This document shows, piece by piece, positions 58,401 to 64,000 of a DNA stretch of 64,000 nt. A program made the position numbers and the translations under genes. The notes under the pieces were generated by a model that saw nothing but the letters and a program-made list of their open reading frames with translations, made no database searches and was not told the origin of the DNA. Source of the stretch: Ascidiella aspersa (Eukaryota); the NCBI GenBank assembly GCA_963924565.1, contig OZ004609.1, positions 34,224,001 to 34,288,000 on the forward strand. The letters run 5' to 3'. Each line of letters opens with the position of its first letter. Position 1 is the stretch's first letter.

Positions 58401-60511
58401 TTCGATCAACAAAATCTGTTCTCAGTCCGAGATGGCGTTTTAATTTGTCTGCCAAACAGTCAAAAAATGTTTTGTCATCGCTCTTGGCATCACAGCATTT
58501 CGAGTTTTGGTGTAAACAAATCGGTGTTATAAGACCAAAAAGTCACGTAATACATTGGCGTTTTTTCCGAATATACTGCTGTTAAGCTTGATTTATGCTA
58601 TTTCGCAGACAAGCAAGGCGGTCGCCCTGTTGAACTGATGAATTGTTAAACGTCCGTCAAATCCGCGCTCACGTCAAGCTGGTTTGAATGAGGGGTTGAA
58701 ATGACGATAGTAGGGGATTGATGCTTCGTAACTCTCACCCTAAACCACAGAGGCTTGCGCGGACACACGACAAATTTTAAGTTAGTAGCAATCCTGAAAA
58801 GACTTTAAAGCAGGGGTTCTTGAACTTTTTTACCGCGGACCCCTAAAATTTTCTTCCATTTCGCGTGGACCACTGTAGGCAAAAAAAAATGACGTCATAA
58901 ATTGACGTCACAGAACATATAGACTTCATAAATTTGCTGATTTTGGTCCAAAAATGTGAATGTGAAATGGAGTCTAAATACATTCAGTGCAAAACCGTTT
59001 TGTTTGCAATTAAATTGATTACCCCTTAAATATACACTAATATTTTCATTTTTGAGGAACTCGGCAAAAGTTTTGTTTGTGGGGAGGGAGTTGAAGTCTT
59101 GGATAGAAGAAGATATAGCCCAATGCTCCGCAACCTTTTGTCATTTGAGGCACATCAAGTGTGTCGCCCGAAAATTGTAAACAGAGTTTATAATTTTCGG
59201 CGACACACTCACAAATATACCTATAACATGACCAGTTTTTTTTTAAGGTTTGGTTTGGGTGGCCGCTAAGTAATTTTAAGAGACCGCAAGTGTTGGACCG
59301 TTTCGGTCCCCCAAAACACCTTAAAAAAACACTGAATGACGATAGACACATAAAGAATCGAGGCCGGTAGATTGTTTAAGATTACAAGGGGCAAACTTTT
59401 GCCTATTAGATTTCCTTAACTTGTAATTTTATGATTTTAAAGTTGTAAAAAATCCACCCAAGTCTTAGGCCTTGCTTTGCTTGTTACTCCCGATTTTCAG
59501 AGAATATTGAAAGCTTCTCAATTCAGAAAATTAAACTCGAACATTGTATTGCGCACTGTAACGCTTAAACTTTGCAACACCAAAAAAAAATACAGGGCGA
59601 ACCTCACAGGATAAGAAGAACAAAAAAATATTATTTTACACAAAGGTAACAAAAAAACAATTTTTTTACAAAAAAAAGGGTGATTGGGTGTGCCAGCGTA
59701 TGGATAACACTTCCGGTTTAGTTTTGATGCTTTCTATGTTGAGTTTGTTAGAAAAATATTTTCAAATCACGACTTTTCGCAAATAAAGGTAACATGGATG
59801 TAAAAAGGTTTTAAATATAAGGAATGATAAATGGTCGGATAATTTAAAAATAAAAGGGTTTTTTTAAATGAGATTTCGTCAACGTTGACATAATAATAAA
59901 AGAGAAATACAGTGATTTTAGACTGTTAAATCAATAAGAATTCATTTCAGCGTGTAGCAGTGAAGAGCAAATGGCCGACCCTAACAAGACGCTTAACGAT
60001 TGCGATTAGGCGATAAAAATATACAAAAGCAAGGCGCTCTCATGTTTTTCTCGAGAACCAGCCAGCACACAACGTCACCAAATCAACATCACTATCATTT
60101 GAGAAGCACCGTGAGACAAATGACGATAGTAACTGATCACGGCACAATCAGAAGAATCGACCGATATCACTTTTTCAGACCGACACCCATAATCGATTTT
60201 TACATTTTTGTTAACCGATACCCGATACCGATATCCGATTTTTTACGTTTTTTATTTTCATAACGAAATATTGGCAAAAATACTGACTCAAATTTACCGA
60301 TATGTCGGTTGGAGCGGGATATCGAACGATATTATCGGTAAATCTGTTCCTATACACCTGAAGGTAGTAGGTAAAAATACTAATTATATCTTACTTAGTG
60401 TTCATATAAGTCTGGCATGCTTGGTTGAAAGCCATTTTATAATAAAATTAATTATTTTCCAAAATTATAAAGAGTTTCACGGAACACTCTTACGAAAGCA
60501 TAACTTTATAA

Positions 60512-60809
60512 CAGTGGTTCTTAACCAGGGTTCGACGCAGCTTTTTCAAGGGTTCGGCGAGAACGTCCTCTGAAACATAAATGCTTTTATTTCAAGCTAA
60601 ATTCGTATCTCTTTTTCAAGGTGTCATGTAACGTTAAAAATTGAAAGTTTGGGCAATTTAACCTACATAAATGCAAGTTTATAATTTGAATATGCCCAGT
60701 TTCAGCTGCTAGTAGGGGGAAACGAATGCTGAGCGAAAATTTGGGGTTCGACAAACGCTTGCAGAATAACATAGGGGTTCGACAGGTTACCAAAGGTTAA
60801 GAACCACTG
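60512..60809. mobile_element. hAT-type MITE
   Basis: TIRs CAGTGGTTCTTAACC / GGTTAAGAACCACTG, perfect TSD CTTTATAA. Confidence 0.9.
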
Positions 60810-62689
60810 CTTTATAACTTGACAATCATATGAACTTTACACCACCATGTTAGCTATACACCTTTTGGATAATGTAAGTCCAAGTTTGGCTGCAAATCAA
60901 CGTGTAATGCAAATGATTATAAATATTGCCCAAAATCAAAAGGGTGATCAAAAATTGCCGCCGTTTGAAGTTGCCCTCCCAGTTGTAGGTAAATTGCACT
61001 ATCCAATACTTCTTGACTGTCACGTATGTAAGTTGACTGATTTGTACATTCGGAAACCGGCTTAACCACTTCTGAAATCGCACAGCAGGATAAACAATAT
61101 TGCTCGATTTCAATATTAATACTTTGGGTAGACTAACTAAATTAATTAAAGATAAAAGATCATACGAAATGCATTGGCCGCATGATTTTCTTTCACTAAG
61201 TGGCACGGGTACAGAATCGAAGTTAAAATATTGGATTGTTTGGAACAGTTGATAAAACTGACAGCAGTTTATTTGTCACTACAAATGCAAACACAGTGGC
61301 GAAGTAACGCCAAAGAATCATTAAATGGCTATCGAGTTAGTTACTCCTAATGGTATAGGGAATTCAGGTGATATTTTATAAATTAAAATGCGCAACAAGA
61401 AATCCAAGGTAGTTTAATACAGGCCATCCAAGCTCCAAAAATCTTCCATATAATCAATCCCCGACATGTAAGGCTTGTTGTTTTACGTGCGTAGCGTAGG
61501 ACGAACAACGACAAGGCATGTACAGCAAGGCCACACAAGTGCATCGTTTGCGAGGTGCGGCTGGCATATACGAAGGCACTCGAAAGACGCTGCGTTAATT
61601 TGCCGAGTGCGTTTGTTGCTACAATGCACTACACATGTGTTGGGAACTTGTCCCGGTATACTTAAGTCAAAGTCATTTAGACCAAATGATTTTTTTTGTC
61701 AAATAATTTGGCTTAACTTAAGTCACCTTTTTTTATTTTTTGACTCAACTCGAGTCATTTAGATAAAATGACTTGACTTGAGTATGCTTTTTACACAAAT
61801 GACATACTTTAACTTAAGTCATTTTAACAAAATGACTTGACTTGAGTCATTGTCTCAAATAATTTGGGTTAAAATTAATTGTTTTTATTAAATATTCTTA
61901 AATAAAATTAGTGTATTTATCTCAATTTGCTTACTATATGTTGCGTTTTTTGTAATTTTAGTTATTTTTCTTACACGAACGAGTTTTTAGGGGTTCCGAA
62001 AACATTCTTCCAAAAAACTACGTAGTTTCAAAAAACTACGTAGCTGTATATGTCCGCCCTAAAATCAAGTTACTTCGAAATGAAGAAAATCGAAATACGG
62101 GACACACAATTAAAGTTGAACAACCTCGATGACGTAATTGTTCTGTTTTTCGGCGAAAAACGCAAGACGGCGACGGGGCGTTAGCATTGTTATGTCACAG
62201 AATGATTGAACGCGCCACAAATATTAATGGCCGACGTATCTCCAGGTTCCGACGTTTTAATGGCCGTCGCAATAAATCATGCCGAATCGTAATATCTTGC
62301 GACAGGCGGCGGTATTAACGCTAGAAGGACGAGCGGTGACTAAAACGGGACGTGACAGGTGAACTTCAAAAATAAATTTTATTATTCCGATAGTGGTGTA
62401 ACATTTAAAAGGTTTTCCAATTGTACAGTGAACCCAAGAAAACTAATTATAGTTTACTATTATAGGGAATTGTACATGTTTAATGAATTACTTTCGCTAA
62501 TATTTCTTTACTTTCTAAAATTTTATTATTAGCAAACGTTTTAACGCAACTTAACAACTAACCTTTTTTTGTCGGCCAACTTAATTACGCAGAAACAAAA
62601 TGCACATAATTCGTTTAGGGGTTCTGTAATATATAACAAAAAAACACATTGGCGAACATGAATAATTTATGATAAAATAACACTCAATT

Positions 62690-63195
62690 AAAGGGCAATG
62701 TCCTTTTCTGGAAAATTTGCGAAAACGGCAAAAAACTCCAAAAACGTGAACAAGGAAAGTCTTTAAGCAAGTTGAAAAGCAATCAGTTTAAAAAACCTAA
62801 TTACCGACGACCTGGCAATATCCCTGACACGAGAAAATGGCGCCCATATATCAGGACGACGTGTATTTTATGCGGGAAAACGCTCCCATAATGGGCAATG
62901 TTGTTTTCTGACAAATTTGCGTCAGACTACTCAAGATTTTTTTTACGTACGATCTCTTTGCGATGAATTTAAAGAAAAGCAATGCAAAAGTAATCTCGTA
63001 TTAAGTAAATCAATACCCAAAAATGAGCCCGTCTAAACAAACGAAAGCGCAAAACAAAAAAACACTCTAAAACATGAACAAGTGAAGTTGTAAAACCAGC
63101 ACAAAAGCAATCAGTTTAAAAAAACTAATTACCGACGACCTGCAATATCCCTGGCACGGGGAAAGAGGCGCCCATATATCAGGACGACGTCTTCT
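62690..63195 (+). repeat. Local ~330-bp tandem duplication
   Basis: AAAGCAATCAGTTTAAAAAA.CTAATTACCGACGACCTG..AATATCCCTG..GGCGCCCATATATCAGGACGACGT at ~62777 and ~63105. Confidence 0.8.
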
Positions 63196-64000
63196 AATAT
63201 TGCGACAAAACTGACGTTTCTCGATTCGCTAATATCCTTCAGTCCGCTTGTAAATAACTGCGACGCCCGGGTCACAACGATTCGGGCGCCGACAGCCGGA
63301 AACGGACACCGGTCGTTGTGAAAGCTGAACGTCGTAAAAACGCCAAGTTCGAGAATTGCGCGACGGGCGAGGGGCGGAAACGTTTTGTGACGTAACAGAC
63401 GGGACAAAGATGTCGATTGTCGTATGCTCGATGTTGACTTTGCTCGCACACGTAAAAGTGGAAAAGTAGTGATTTCCAGTAAATTCCTTGCAAATTGAAA
63501 ATCGAAAAATTGCTGTACGGCCGTAAAATCTTGGCATTAGTTTTCGCTAGGGCTGTCCGATATTGTCGTGGCTTGATACTTGGAAATTTTTCCGATAGTG
63601 GAACCCGATATTTTGAACAAAAATTATCGCGATCCGATTTCAAATCATTACTATGCGCTGCCAAGCAAAATTTGTGGAATTGAAACATTTAAATGTATGT
63701 TTTCCACGTTATTAGGACAAAATCTGCTTTAGCTTTAGTAGTCTAGTGACCTCTAGTTGTAAACCCACTATGTTTTTTGATAAAGTTACTTTTAAAGATT
63801 GAATCCTTGAGTTATATGGCAAAACATGGATAAAATTCCTATATTAATTTGGTTTTGTGTATGTACCGATAGCAACCAACTATCGGACGAGTATCGATAC
63901 CACCACTCTGCATATGGTGTCAACTCCGATCCAATTTTATCGGACATCCCTAGTTTTCACACCTAGTGAGCTTTAAACCGCTTGATTTTTTTAGACGACG

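Noticed and set aside
58630-58660. CTGATGA...TAAACGTC hammerhead-like string
   Set aside because: G12 is missing and helices I and II cannot form convincingly.
50262-63688. Assorted 60-180-aa ORFs in the right-hand region
   Set aside because: No recognisable domains, no consistent splice chain, and many overlap repeats or GC-rich regulatory islands.

Overview
AT-rich, intron-rich animal genomic DNA, most likely from an ascidian/tunicate (inferred from chordate-type genes, compact introns and pervasive TGACGTCA motifs). By hand-splicing GT-AG exons with consistent phases I reconstructed four protein-coding genes. (1) An LRRC63-like gene on the minus strand (ATG 5819), running off the left edge. 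(2) A complete 12-exon, ~710-aa polypeptide GalNAc-transferase (GALNT) on the plus strand (7613-20087). (3) A 4-exon Paraxis/Scleraxis (Tcf15/Scx) bHLH gene on the minus strand (24911-21354), whose HLH exon is not in the ORF track. (4) A ~12-13-exon teashirt (Tshz) zinc-finger/homeodomain gene on the minus strand (~49300-29770), followed by ~15 kb of gene-free, apparently regulatory DNA. Introns carry many hAT-type MITEs with 8-bp TSDs, a Merlin-like MITE, tandem arrays and fold-back elements. Main findings: the Paraxis basic region lacks the E-R-x-R DNA-reading residues (possible Id-like, non-DNA-binding Paraxis); the fold-back repeats carry minimal Penelope/retrozyme-type hammerhead ribozyme motifs, one family with a U3-A8 compensatory core, and two lie sense to Tshz on either side of its largest exon; TGACGTCA is roughly 40-fold enriched and concentrated in or at exons; the GALNT has substitutions at normally invariant donor-binding residues (WGGEN>FGGEN); and decayed copies of splice acceptors precede three consecutive GALNT exons. 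Reference protein motifs are recalled from memory and were not database-checked.
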